From contig OZ024743.1 of the NCBI GenBank assembly GCA_964016885.1, positions 312,914,001 through 312,978,000 on the forward strand: DNA of 64,000 nucleotides, in the 5' to 3' direction. Below, one piece after another: positions 53,657-64,000 of the stretch; the stretch's first letter is position 1; each line of letters starts with the position of its first letter. Made by a program: the position numbers and the translations under genes. The stretch comes from Eledone cirrhosa. Lineage: Eukaryota. The notes below the pieces were generated by a model. It ran no database searches, was not told the origin of the DNA, and saw only the letters and a program-made list of their open reading frames with translations.

Positions 53657-56169
53657 AACGCCTACGACAGTAAAGAAGAACAGATAGAGACATTTAACGT
53701 AGAAGAGAACTGGGAGTTCCTAAAAAATAACTTACTAGAGGCGACGGATGAGGTTTGTGGCTGGAGTAAGACCTCAAGCAGGAGGAGAGTGACTTGGTGG
53801 TGGAACAATAAGGTAGATGAAGCAGTCAAGGCCAAGAGACAGGCATGGAAAGAATGGAAGAACGGGGGGAGCAGGGTACATTACATAGAGACCAAGAGGG
53901 AAGCTAGGCGACAAGTATACTTAGCTAGGAGGGAAGCAGAGGATAGAAAATTCAAGCATGTTTTACAACGTGAGGACCAGAAACAGGAGGTATTCAAGAT
54001 TGCGAGGCAGTGTGTCAGAGATAGTTGTGATGTCATTGGAGAGAAGTGTATCCGGAATGATAAAGGTGAGCTTGCCCTCACAAGTGCTGAGAAGAAAGAT
54101 GCATGGAAGAGTCATTATGATAGATTACTAAATGAGGAGAATGCATGGGAAGAAGAGACCCTACCCCACGTAGACCCTATAGAGGGACCAGCAGTACAAG
54201 TCAGCGGCAGCGTAGTAAGTAAGGCAATCAGAGATATGAAGATAGGGAAGGCAACCGGTCCATCGGGTATAGCTGCCGAGATGCTGAAGGCATCTGGGTC
54301 TGTAGGTCACACTATAACCACACGTATCGTTAACCAGGTAATACTAGAGGGGGCCATACCAAAAGATTGGTGCAGTAGCATCATTGTCAACTGCTACAAA
54401 GGTAAAGGCGATGCACTAGATAGAGGAAACTATAGAGGTATAAAGTTGATGGACCAGGTCATGAAAGTAACAGAAAGAGTTATAGCACAGCTGATTAGGG
54501 ACCGGGTGAATATAGACGAGATGCAATTTGGGTTTGTACCAGGGAAAGGCACCACTGATGCCCTCTTCCTTGTGAGGCAATTACAGGAAAAGTACCTAGC
54601 TAAAAGTAAGCCACTCTACTTGGCATTTGTCGACCTTGAGAAAGCCTTTGACAGAGTTCCACGTGCAGTAATCTGGTGGGCTCTTAGAAAACTAGGAGTA
54701 GATGAATGGCTTGTGAAAGCGGTACAAGCCATGTATAGGGGAGCAGTCAGCAAAGTTAGGATTGGCAATGAGTATAGCGAGGAATTTAGCGTACAGGTTG
54801 GGGTCCACCAGGGCTCTGTTCTTAGCCCTCTCCTGTTCATCATAGTCCTGCAGGCAATAACGGAGGAGTTTAAGACCGGATGCCCATGGGAACTCCTGTA
54901 TGCTGATGACCTCGCACTCATAGCTGAATCTATGGTAGAACTAGAGAATAAATTCCAAACCTGGAAGCAGGGACTAGAGAGAAAGGGCCTCAAAGTCAAC
55001 ATGACAAAGACTAAGGTCCTTGTAAGTAGACGAGAAAACAGAACCCAGATCCCCTCAGGGAAATGGCCTTGCTCAGTATGTAGGAAAGGTGTAGGTAGGA
55101 ACTCCATTCTCTGCCCCAAATGCAAACAATGGGTACACAAGAGATGTAGCGGGATCTCAGGAAGCTTAATTAAGAATGTAGGATTCACATGCAGCAGCTG
55201 TGCTGAAACAGCAAGCAAACAGCCACAGGAAACAAGTACCACCAATCTCTGGGAGGGCCCTGTAGAAACAGTAGACAGCTTCTGCTACCTAGGTGACCGA
55301 ATTAGCAACGGAGGTGGGTGCTCAGAAAGTACAATAACTAGGGTAAGAACGGGATGGAAGAAGTTTAGGGAACTACTACCACTGCTAGCTGCAAAAGGCT
55401 TCTCCCTCAGAATGAAAGGCAGACTGTATGATGCGTGTATCCGAACAGCGATGCTGCATGGTAGTGAGACCTGGGCGCTGAAGGTGGAAGACTTACGTAG
55501 ATTAGAGAGAAACGAAGCCTGCATGCTCCGATGGATGTGTAACAGTAATATACGTGAACGACAAAGCATAAAGGAATTGAGAGAGAGACTGAGCATAAGA
55601 GGAATCAAATGCTGCGTGCAGGAGAGGCGGTTACGCTGGTATGGACATGTGATGCGTATGAAGGATGACAGCTGCATAAAAAGGTGCAGAGCACTAGAAG
55701 TTGATGGAAACCGCGGAGTGGGGAGACCCAAGATGACTTGGGATGAGGTGATAAAAGCCGACCTTACCCAACTACACCTCTCAAAGTCAATGACACACGA
55801 CCGTGACTTCTGGCGTCACGCAGTAATACAGGGTACCCGACCTCCCATGGGTACATGCTGAAGCATATAAACAATATGCCCCCCCCCCCCCCCCAACGCA
55901 AGGTGGCCGTGGAGGTGCCACGGCAAAAAAGCACCCAGCCCACACTGTAAAGTGGACGTGTAGGCGCCACGAAAAAGCACCCAGCACTCACTGTAAATGA
56001 GGTTGGTGTTAGGAAGGGCATCCAGCTGTAGAAATCAAGCCAGATCAGTTCCTGTATGAGCAAGGCATGGTCAGCCGACCAGACACTGCCCACAACAGGA
56101 CAACCCGTCTAACCCATGCTAGCGTGGAAGAACGGACGTAAAACGGTGATGATGATGATGATGATGATG
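53657..56169 (+). mobile_element. Young 5'-truncated RTE LINE, family A, inserted into an old SINE family 1 copy
   Basis: TSD AATCTA at 53651-53656 and 56170-56175; SINE sequence at ~53530-53650 resumes at ~56176-56208; (GAT)n tail. Confidence 0.92.
53789..55861 (+). CDS. RTE LINE ORF2, uninterrupted RT plus C-terminal region (5'-truncated, no endonuclease), with internal PHD finger
   Basis: NYRGIKLM, QFGFVPGKGTTDA, FVDLEKAFDRVPR, GVHQGSVLSPLLF, LLYADD (YADD at 54899-54910), FCYLG, RRLRWYGHV, GRPKMTW; the frame is open upstream of the listed GTG, so this is not a true start. Confidence 0.93.
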   Translation: MTWWWNNKVDEAVKAKRQAWKEWKNGGSRVHYIETKREARRQVYLARREAEDRKFKHVLQREDQKQEVFKIARQCVRDSCDVIGEKCIRNDKGELALTSAEKKDAWKSHYDRLLNEENAWEEETLPHVDPIEGPAVQVSGSVVSKAIRDMKIGKATGPSGIAAEMLKASGSVGHTITTRIVNQVILEGAIPKDWCSSIIVNCYKGKGDALDRGNYRGIKLMDQVMKVTERVIAQLIRDRVNIDEMQFGFVPGKGTTDALFLVRQLQEKYLAKSKPLYLAFVDLEKAFDRVPRAVIWWALRKLGVDEWLVKAVQAMYRGAVSKVRIGNEYSEEFSVQVGVHQGSVLSPLLFIIVLQAITEEFKTGCPWELLYADDLALIAESMVELENKFQTWKQGLERKGLKVNMTKTKVLVSRRENRTQIPSGKWPCSVCRKGVGRNSILCPKCKQWVHKRCSGISGSLIKNVGFTCSSCAETASKQPQETSTTNLWEGPVETVDSFCYLGDRISNGGGCSESTITRVRTGWKKFRELLPLLAAKGFSLRMKGRLYDACIRTAMLHGSETWALKVEDLRRLERNEACMLRWMCNSNIRERQSIKELRERLSIRGIKCCVQERRLRWYGHVMRMKDDSCIKRCRALEVDGNRGVGRPKMTWDEVIKADLTQLHLSKSMTHDRDFWRHAVIQGTRPPMGTC

Positions 56170-56576
56170 AATCTATCCGACATCTTAACAACTCTACCAA
56201 TTCGCCTTATTTAATAAAACACACTATTAAAATGATTAGAAGAAAGACAAAATGGCAAAAGTGTTACTGCAAAGAATGACCAGAGACACCTCACCTCATG
56301 GGACTCCCTCCTCAAGCAGGCCACCATCTTTCCAACTTAACAGAGGACAGGATACTTGGTTTATCATGCTTTGAAATTATGTTACTAATTGATTAGGGTA
56401 GGTGAGCTTGAGTTAAGTTGAAAAGAAGAGAGAACAATGAGTGAAGAAGAATGAAGAACTAAAAACATGAATAAGAGGGTGATGAAAGTGGAGGAGGAAG
56501 AAGAAGAAAGGGAGTAATGGAAGAACTGAATGAAAGTATGATGGGAGAAACAGTGTAGAGAGGAAAAGTAATATAA

Positions 56577-56950
56577 GTGAAATAGTATCGGCAAGTCAAA
56601 TGGAAGAGAGACATGTTGGCTGGTGAAACAGAGAATGATTGCTAATAATAGACATGGGTAATGGTGAGAGAGGTGTTAATAAGAAGTGGCATTGGGATGA
56701 AGGTACATGGGAAAAGGTGATAGTAGGTTGTATTGAGTGTAAACAGATTTGATGCAGTCCTTCATACATAGATGTCATGATAGGAAAGAGGGAGAAATAG
56801 CCTGATAAGTTTGGTGGTGGTGGTGGTGGAATCGAATACAGACCATCTAATGATATCCCATGTTACATGGATGGTATGTTGCAGTGAATAGGAGAATAAG
56901 GGATAGAAATAGGATTGGCATAGAGAGGAAAGAGTATCAAAGACTGCGTC
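56577..56950. repeat. ~370-bp dispersed repeat, duplicated at ~60628-61030
   Basis: Both start GTGAAATAGTATCGGCAAGTCAAATGGAAGAGAGACA and run colinearly; family unassigned (possibly an old LINE 3' end). Confidence 0.8.
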
Positions 56951-57844
56951 TTTATACGTGGTTAACATGGCTCTCACAAGTCATTCATCTGCTCCTAGTT
57001 TCCCTAGGGATCACGAGACGAAAGAGCATGAAACCCTCCCAACAAATGCTAGAAATCCTAGAGTCTGGAATAGAGGTGTAACAAGGGAAAATAGCACCTA
57101 TGGCAAACAGTGAAAATGTGCCCCACCCAAACATCTGACACCCATCTTTTAGTTTAATGATCCAGCCACCATAGTTCTTCTCACCCATGATAATCAAAGA
57201 CAGATGATAGATCTGAGGAAGTTTCTTATTTCACTCTCTGATGATAACTTATCTGACTTTAATAGAAAGTCTTCTTAGTTCAAGTGGCACCCCACTTCAA
57301 GTGATGTCATGGCATGTGCCATGCTTGCCATACACTAGTTACACCTCTGGTGTAGAACCTAGATCAGTGAAATGCTAAATATAGAGTCTTATTCCTCAAC
57401 TAAGTGGTACATCTACCTCATTTGTCTTATAAGGATGAAGGTATAGATAGTACATATTGTTGGTGCAAAGCTGAACTGCTTCTCATCTAAGCTAATTCTA
57501 TATTCCTAATCAGTTGATCTAAGGTGATGAATTAGCAGAGTCATTAAGACATCAGATAGAATGTTTTACAGTATTTGTTCCAGTTCTCTGCTCTCTGTAT
57601 TCAAATCCTGGCAAGGTCAACTTTGTGTTTCATTCTTTTGAGGTCAATAAAAAACTACCAGTCACTTCCTCTCTCTCATTTTCTATCTGGAAGAAACCAG
57701 CTGTGTTCAGACCTGGAGAGGTGATGCAATCAGTTGCTTTATAGCTCTTTCAGTAACTTTCATGACATGGTCTTTTGCCCTTGATGCTGCTATTGTTGTT
57801 GCACTATATGCATGAGTAGTGTGTGATTTACCATACCAGATGTT

Positions 57845-58660
57845 CATCATCATCATCATCATCATCACCGTTTTACGTCCGTTCTTCCACGCTAGCATGG
57901 GTTAGACGGGTTGTCCTGTTGTGGGCAGTGTCTGGTCGGCTGACCATGCCTTGCTCATACAGGAACTGATCTGGCTTGATTTCTACAGCTGGATGCCCTT
58001 CCTAACACCAACCTCATTTACAGTGAGTGCTGGGTGCTTTTTCGTGGCGCCTACACGTCCACTTTACAGTGTGGGCTGGGTGCTTTTTTGCCGTGGCACC
58101 TCCACGACCACCTTGCGGTGGGGGGGGGGGGGGCATATTGTTTATATGCTTCAGCATGTACCCATGGGAGGTCGGGTACCCTGTATTACTGCGTGACGCC
58201 AGAAGTCACGGTCGTGTGTCATTGACTTTGAGAGGTGTAGTTGGGTAAGGTCGGCTTTTATCACCTCATCCCAAGTCATCTTGGGTCTCCCCACTCCGCG
58301 GTTTCCATCAACTTCTAGTGCTCTGCACCTTTTTATGCAGCTGTCATCCTTCATACGCATCACATGTCCATACCAGCGTAACCGCCTCTCCTGCACGCAG
58401 CATTTGATTCCTCTTATGCTCAGTCTCTCTCTCAATTCATTTATGCTTTGTCGTTCACGTATATTACTGTTACACATCCATCGGAGCATGCAGGCTTCGT
58501 TTCTCTCTAATCTACGTAAGTCTTCCACCTTCAGCGCCCAGGTCTCACTACCATGCAACATCGCTGTTCGGATACACGCATCATACAGTCTGCCTTTCAT
58601 TCTGAGGGAGAAGCCTTTTGCAGCTAGCAGTGGTAGTAGTTCCCTAAACTTCTTCCATCC
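57845..58660 (-). mobile_element. 5'-truncated RTE family A copy, inverted relative to 53657-56169
   Basis: Near-identical reverse complement of 55352-56169; candidate TSD ATGTT at 57840-57844 and 58661-58665. Confidence 0.92.
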
Positions 58661-58914
58661 ATGTTACTAGTAGTATTTGTGTGAACTGACATTCACTATA
58701 TATTCTAATACAACCTGTTGCACGTTAGGGTTATCATCAGCTAAACTATCCACCACTAATATTGGAAAGCCCATGAACTAGTGGTAAGGTGTTGGGTTCG
58801 TGATTGTAAGGTTGTGAGTTTGATACCTAGATCAGACTGTTAATTGTCTCCTTGAACAAGACATTCCATTTTATGTTGTTTCTGTCCACTCAGCTAAAAA
58901 TAAATGATTACCTG

Positions 58915-59235
58915 TTAACAATGCCACATGCAGTGACACATTCTCCAGCAGCAACCTGGTGCAGTGTGTGATTAACCCAGGCTCTGCTACAATTTGAGCC
59001 GAGGAGAGTAAACTCTCCAAATATCGGTCACTCTCCAACACGTTTGCGACCGAGCCCATGGCAGTGGAGACTTCTGGAGTCCATGGCCCTAGGATCACCT
59101 CCTTATTCACCACCATTGGCACAGAGTTGGCTACCCATAGGTGTGAGCCTTTCAAAATATGTTGGCTCTTCCAGCAGGTCTCTCTCACCATGCTCCGGGA
59201 AAACGCCTTCTCTATTCTGTCTGCCAAGGCTGTGG
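58915..59235 (+). pseudogene. Fragment of CRE-clade non-LTR retrotransposon (restriction-like endonuclease C-terminus)
   Basis: NATCSDTFSSSNL...PGSA...AEESKLSKY, then MAVETSGVHGP...IG..L...EP...WLFQQVSLTMLRENAFSIL, resembling the D.TC.DT / AE..K..KY / AVET.G..G / QR.S....RGNA motifs of CRE elements. Confidence 0.65.
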
Positions 59236-59515
59236 AGCAGCCAACGCATGGTCCCATTTGCTCATAATAGTGAGAGATGGGGAGAGTGGGAGAGACAGAG
59301 GCAGCTACACGAAGACTATACTATCACTATGAAATGTCATTCCAAATTGTAAAGCCTAGTATTGTTCTAGATAAACCCAGATATTCTCATTACACAGAAA
59401 CGAAGAGACATTTTTCAACTGTTAATCTTAGACTTTTTTAAATTCAATATTTGATAAGATGAATTTACTCATTGAAACTGGTAATAATTTATAAAACCTC
59501 CACTTTTTTAATTAA

Positions 59516-60101
59516 CCCTTTAGCATTTATATTACTCTATATTTAGTAGAAACATTTATATTACTATATATGGAGGCACATGGCTTAGTGGTTACAGCAT
59601 TGGCCTTGCAATCGAAAGGTTGTGAGTTCAATTCTCAGACCGGGTGATGTGTTGTTTCCTTGAGCAAGGCACTTTATTTCACATTGCTCCAGTTTACTCA
59701 GCTGTAGAGATGAGATGATAAGGACTGGGGTCCTTATCATTCCACTGCAAAGTGGTCATGGAGGTGCCACGGCAAAAAAGCACCCAGCACTCACTGTAAA
59801 TGAGGTTGGTGTTAGGAAGGGCATCCAGCTGTAAAAATCAAGCCATAATCAGTTCCCATCCCACCTTTGCAAGCAGGGAAAAGCGGACATAAAATGATGA
59901 TGATGATATTTACTATTGTGTTTTCACATGATTATCTCACATAATACTGAAGCCATAAGATATAGAAAAAAAAAAAAAGTAGAAACAATTATTTATTTTC
60001 ACAATACCTAAACGTTGGCATAAGTGGCTGGTTATGGCCAGTTTGAACAGAAAGAGGTGAGAGAATTCTGGCCAGATATGACCGGTTTAAATGCTGATGC
60101 G
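59516..60101. mobile_element. Diverged piggyBac-type MITE with SINE family 2 insertion
   Basis: TTAA-CCCTTTAGCATT start; homology to 52886-53095 resumes after 59907; TTAA at 60102-60105. Confidence 0.65.
59572..59907 (+). mobile_element. SINE family 2 copy (short-tail variant)
   Basis: A/B boxes, CORE-like centre, RTE-like tail ending in (GAT)n. Confidence 0.85.
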
Positions 60102-61451
60102 TTAAAGAACCTATAACAGCTAGAAGATATCCATCTTTCTTCTTAAACAATGGCTGTAAGGATAAAATGCCAGTTATTGACCTCAGAGTAGTATTAACAC
60201 TCTCACCATTATTAATACTATTACAGCCATTCTTTATATGCCCCGATGCAAGATGTATAATGATGCTTGCTTCAGTCTGTGGGACTAACAAATCAGTTCT
60301 CCATGGTGCATGTTAAGGTTATCATTGACTAAACCGGTTACCACCATATTAGAAGGCACATGGACTAATGATAAGGTGTAAGGTTCATGACTGTGAGGTT
60401 GTGAGTTTGATACCCAAACCAGACAGTTCATTGTCTCCTTGAACAAGACATTTCATTTTATGTTGCTTCTGTCCACTCAGCAAGAAAAAATGAGTACCAG
60501 TTATCAACTGAGATAGCCTAAAACATACTGGCACTTTCAACTGCTTAATGTCAATAAAACCAGGATAGGTTCCAGCTTGATGAACCTCTAGGCTTGGGAC
60601 AGACATTTTTTACTTTCTCATACTGAGGTGAAATAGTATCGGCAAGTCAAATGGAAGAGAGACAGTGATGGCAGCTCCGTGTTGGCTGGTGAAACAGAGA
60701 ATGATTGTTAATAATAGACATGGGTAATGGTGAGAGAGGTGTTAATAAGAAGTGGCATTGGGATGAAGGTACATGGAAAAAGGTGATAGTAGGTTGTATT
60801 GAGTGTAAACAGATTTGATGCAGTCCTTCATACATAGATGTCATGATAGGAAAGAGGGAGAAATAGCCTGATAAGTTTGGTGGTGGTGGTGGGGGATGTG
60901 GTGGTGGTGGTGGTGGTGGTGGTTTTGGTGGAATACAGACTCATCTAATAATATCCCATGTTGCAGTGAATAGGAGACTAAGGGGTAGAAATAGGAGTGA
61001 CATAGAGAGGAAAGAGTATCAAAGACAGTTTTAATAAGTTTGAAAAATATGTCACTGGTTGTCAAGGTAAAATATCTGAAAAGTTTTATGGGAACTGGTG
61101 GTAGTGATTATGTTTTGTTTCAGCTGCTAATATCTTAACAAAAAAATATTAATACGTTTCTGTTAATGAATATTTTGATTAAAAGCATTAACGATAATAA
61201 TTAATGAATAGTACTTGTTAATTAGTGCTGGTCAAAAAAGTAATCACAAAGGCTGAAAAATTCAATTGTCTTATCTCAGCAATATTTCATTTACGTCCAA
61301 TGATGAAAATATATGAAATGAAAAATATAGATTTGGCCATTGAGAAAAATGAAGAGAATACTTGAGCAAATAAGTTACTAGATAGATAGATAGAAAGAGA
61401 GAGACAAAGTTAAAAATGTGGTAATATATGTATATATTTATTTATATATCA

Positions 61452-62390
61452 TGTACAGTAGCCAGAGTCAGAACGGGATGGAAAAAGTTCAGAGAGCTTA
61501 TACCGCTGTTGGCCACAAAAGGTTTCTCTCTAAAAATGAAAAGCAGATTGTATGATGCTTGTATACGAACAGCAATGCTACATGGCAGTGAGACATGGGC
61601 ATTACGTGCAGAGGACCTGCGTAGACTGGAAAGGAACGAAGCATGCATGCTCCGTTGGATGTGTAATAGTAATATACGTGAACGGCAAAGCATAAATGAA
61701 CTAAGTGAGAAATTACTAATAAGAGGGATCAGATGCTGTTTACTCGAGAGAAGACTACGTTGGTATGGTCACGTGATGTGCATGAAAGATGACAGCTGTA
61801 TAAAAAAGTACAGGGCGATCAAAATTGATGGTAGTTACGGAGTAGGTAGACCCAGAAAAACCTGGGACGATCTGATAAATTCTGACCTTACACACTTGCA
61901 CCTCTCTAAGACAATGTTACTGGACCGAGATCTTTGGCGCTACGCAGTAATACAGAAGACCCGCCTTGCCTATGTACAAAGCGAAACCTAGTCAGTAGGC
62001 ACCTCTTAACCAAATATACACCCAATCCACTACCCCTACCCTATCCTCCACACCCACTAACACCACCCTCTCTCTATAAAGTTGGTACCACAACATCCAG
62101 TCCAAATAAATGAGATAATGAGATCGAGATCGTGTAGGTATCACGAGAAAAAACACACAGTCCACGCTGTAATGTGACCGTGTAGGTAACACGGTAAAAA
62201 GTTCCCAGTTCCACACTGTAAATGTGGTTTGAGTTAGGAAGGACATCCAGCCGTAGAAAACCTGCCAGATAGTCAGTCCGATATGAGCGAGACATGGTCA
62301 CCTGAACAACTTTGCCTCAAGTGGGACAACTCCCGTCTAACCCATGCTAGCATGGAAAATGGACGTTAAACGAAGATGATGATGATGATC
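61452..62390 (+). mobile_element. 5'-truncated RTE family B copy
   Basis: ORF TVARVRTGWKKFRELIPLL...RRLRWYGHV...GRPRKTW, 3'UTR and (GAT)n tail. Confidence 0.9.
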
Positions 62391-62408
62391 ATCATCATAT
62401 GTATATAT

Positions 62409-63500
62409 AGCCTGAGTGAGGATGGGATGAAAGAAGTTCAGGGAGCTACTACTATTGCTAGCTACAAAAGGCTTTTCCCTCAAAATGAAAGGCAGACTGT
62501 ACGACACATGTATATGAGCAGCAATGTTGCATGGTAGTGAGGTCTAGGTGCTGTGAGCAGAAGACTTGCAAAGATTGGAAAGAAATGAAGCTTGCATGCT
62601 CCGGTGGATGCGTAATAGTAATATACGTGAACAGCAAAGCATAAATGAACTGAGAGAGGAACGAGGCATAAGTCAATTCAGATACAGAATGCAGGAGAGG
62701 AGGATCTTCTGTATCACTGCATAACGCCAAAGATCTTGGTCCTGTGTCATCGTCTTTGAGAGGTGCAATTCATCAAGGTCAGCTTTTATCACCTCATCCC
62801 AAGTCTTCCTGGATTTCCGCACTCCAAGGTTTCCATCAACTTTGAGCACTCTGCACCTTTTTATACAGCTGTCAGCCTTCATGCACATCACATATCCATA
62901 CCAACGCAGTCTCCTCTCCTGCACACTGCATCTGATTTCTCTTATGCTTAGTTTCTCTCTCAGTTCGTTTATGCTTTGTTGTTCGTGTATATTACTATTA
63001 CACATCCATCAGAGCATGCATGTTTCATTTCTTTCCAATCTAGGCAAGTCTTCTGCACACAGCACCCAAGTCTTACTACCATGCAACATTGCTGTTTGTA
63101 TGCATGCATCATACAGTCTGCCTTTATATGTATATCATCATCATCATCATTTTTATGTCCAGTTTTCCATGCTTAGAAGAGTTGGATGGGTCCTTCTCAG
63201 TACAGCATCTCTTCACTTGTTGTGATCCTTTGTCATCACCTCTGTGAGTCTCAGTGATTTGAGTTAACTCTCACAATCTCTGCCCAGGTCTTTCTTGGTC
63301 TACCTCTACTGTGGATTCCTTCCACTGGCATTTCCTGGCTCTTCTTCACTCATCAATCATTGTCCATGCATATCACATGTTCATACCAACGCAGTCTTCT
63401 CTCTTGCACACCACCTTGGATTCCTCTTAAACTTCTCCCTCAACTCGTCCAAGCTCTGCCTTTCTTTCACACATTGCACATCCAACAGTCATAGACCATG
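62409..63500. mobile_element. Cluster of older RTE fragments: plus (~62409-62672), minus (~62700-63125) and minus (~63137-63500)
   Basis: Degenerate GSE.W / ERNEACML / RRLRWYG motifs in both orientations. Confidence 0.8.
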
Positions 63501-64000
63501 TTTCATTACTACATAGATATATATATATATACCATTTAAATTGTTTACCAGTGGGTAGAACTGGTCACTCTGGTTAGTAAATCATGATGTAATAAATTAA
63601 AGCACTCAAAATTATGGAAATCATCTATCATAGGTGTGGTATTCCATGGTTTGTGCAGGAACAGAGTTAAATATTCATTTAAAAACAACAAAAGACCAGA
63701 CTGGACATTTTAAAGTTTTGATGTTGCAAAAACACTATACATATTTCAATGACCTAGTAACATAATCCAATCATAATGTAAGAGTTTGGTGATTTCATCA
63801 GGCATGGATTGTAAAATTAGTTAGTTGATTACAAAATTACAACAAACACAAACAGAGAATAGAGACCAGATTTTTTAATTCGAAGATGGCCCACCAATTG
63901 GGTGTTGTTGTAATGGTAAACCATCTCCGAATGTGTACAATGTATGTATATATGTATATATACATTGACGATGATATATATGATGACATGTGGTTTAGCA

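Noticed and set aside
59572-59645. tRNA gene (also at ~2441, ~26710 and ~50225)
   Set aside because: These are SINE heads: A/B boxes are present but acceptor and anticodon stems are poor and SINE body follows.

Overview
AT-rich, repeat-dominated animal genomic DNA; the repeat landscape (RTE LINEs with (GAT)n tails, tRNA-derived SINEs, Penelope-like remnants, very long TA-based microsatellites) is consistent with a coleoid cephalopod such as Octopus (inference). The one clear host gene signal is missing from the ORF track: a 134-nt first coding exon on the minus strand (43090->42957, MSTNRRPSLPPMPDISHLTEDERRIIEDVLKRQREEEEREQQMI, then a GTGAGT donor) matching the N-terminal Rab3-binding helix of the active-zone protein RIM/UNC-10. 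Positions 1-42956 are therefore probably largely its first intron, and 43091-45420 its leader/promoter. The rest is transposon material (two RTE families, Tx1/L1, Gypsy, mariner, piggyBac-type MITEs, Penelope-like, a CRE-like fragment, two SINE families), about 21 kb of microsatellite and a 200-N gap. Most interesting: a C4HC3 PHD finger inserted inside the RTE reverse transcriptase; a short bipartite RTE-derived element with an HDV-like ribozyme fold whose tails appear to seed (TATG)n arrays; a perfect 69-bp-arm palindrome carrying a hammerhead motif on both strands; candidate recursive splice sites in the RIM intron; and an ~80-bp palindrome-bearing tandem array upstream of RIM. All YIYI-type ORFs are microsatellite artefacts. 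Everything was read by eye; no searches were run.
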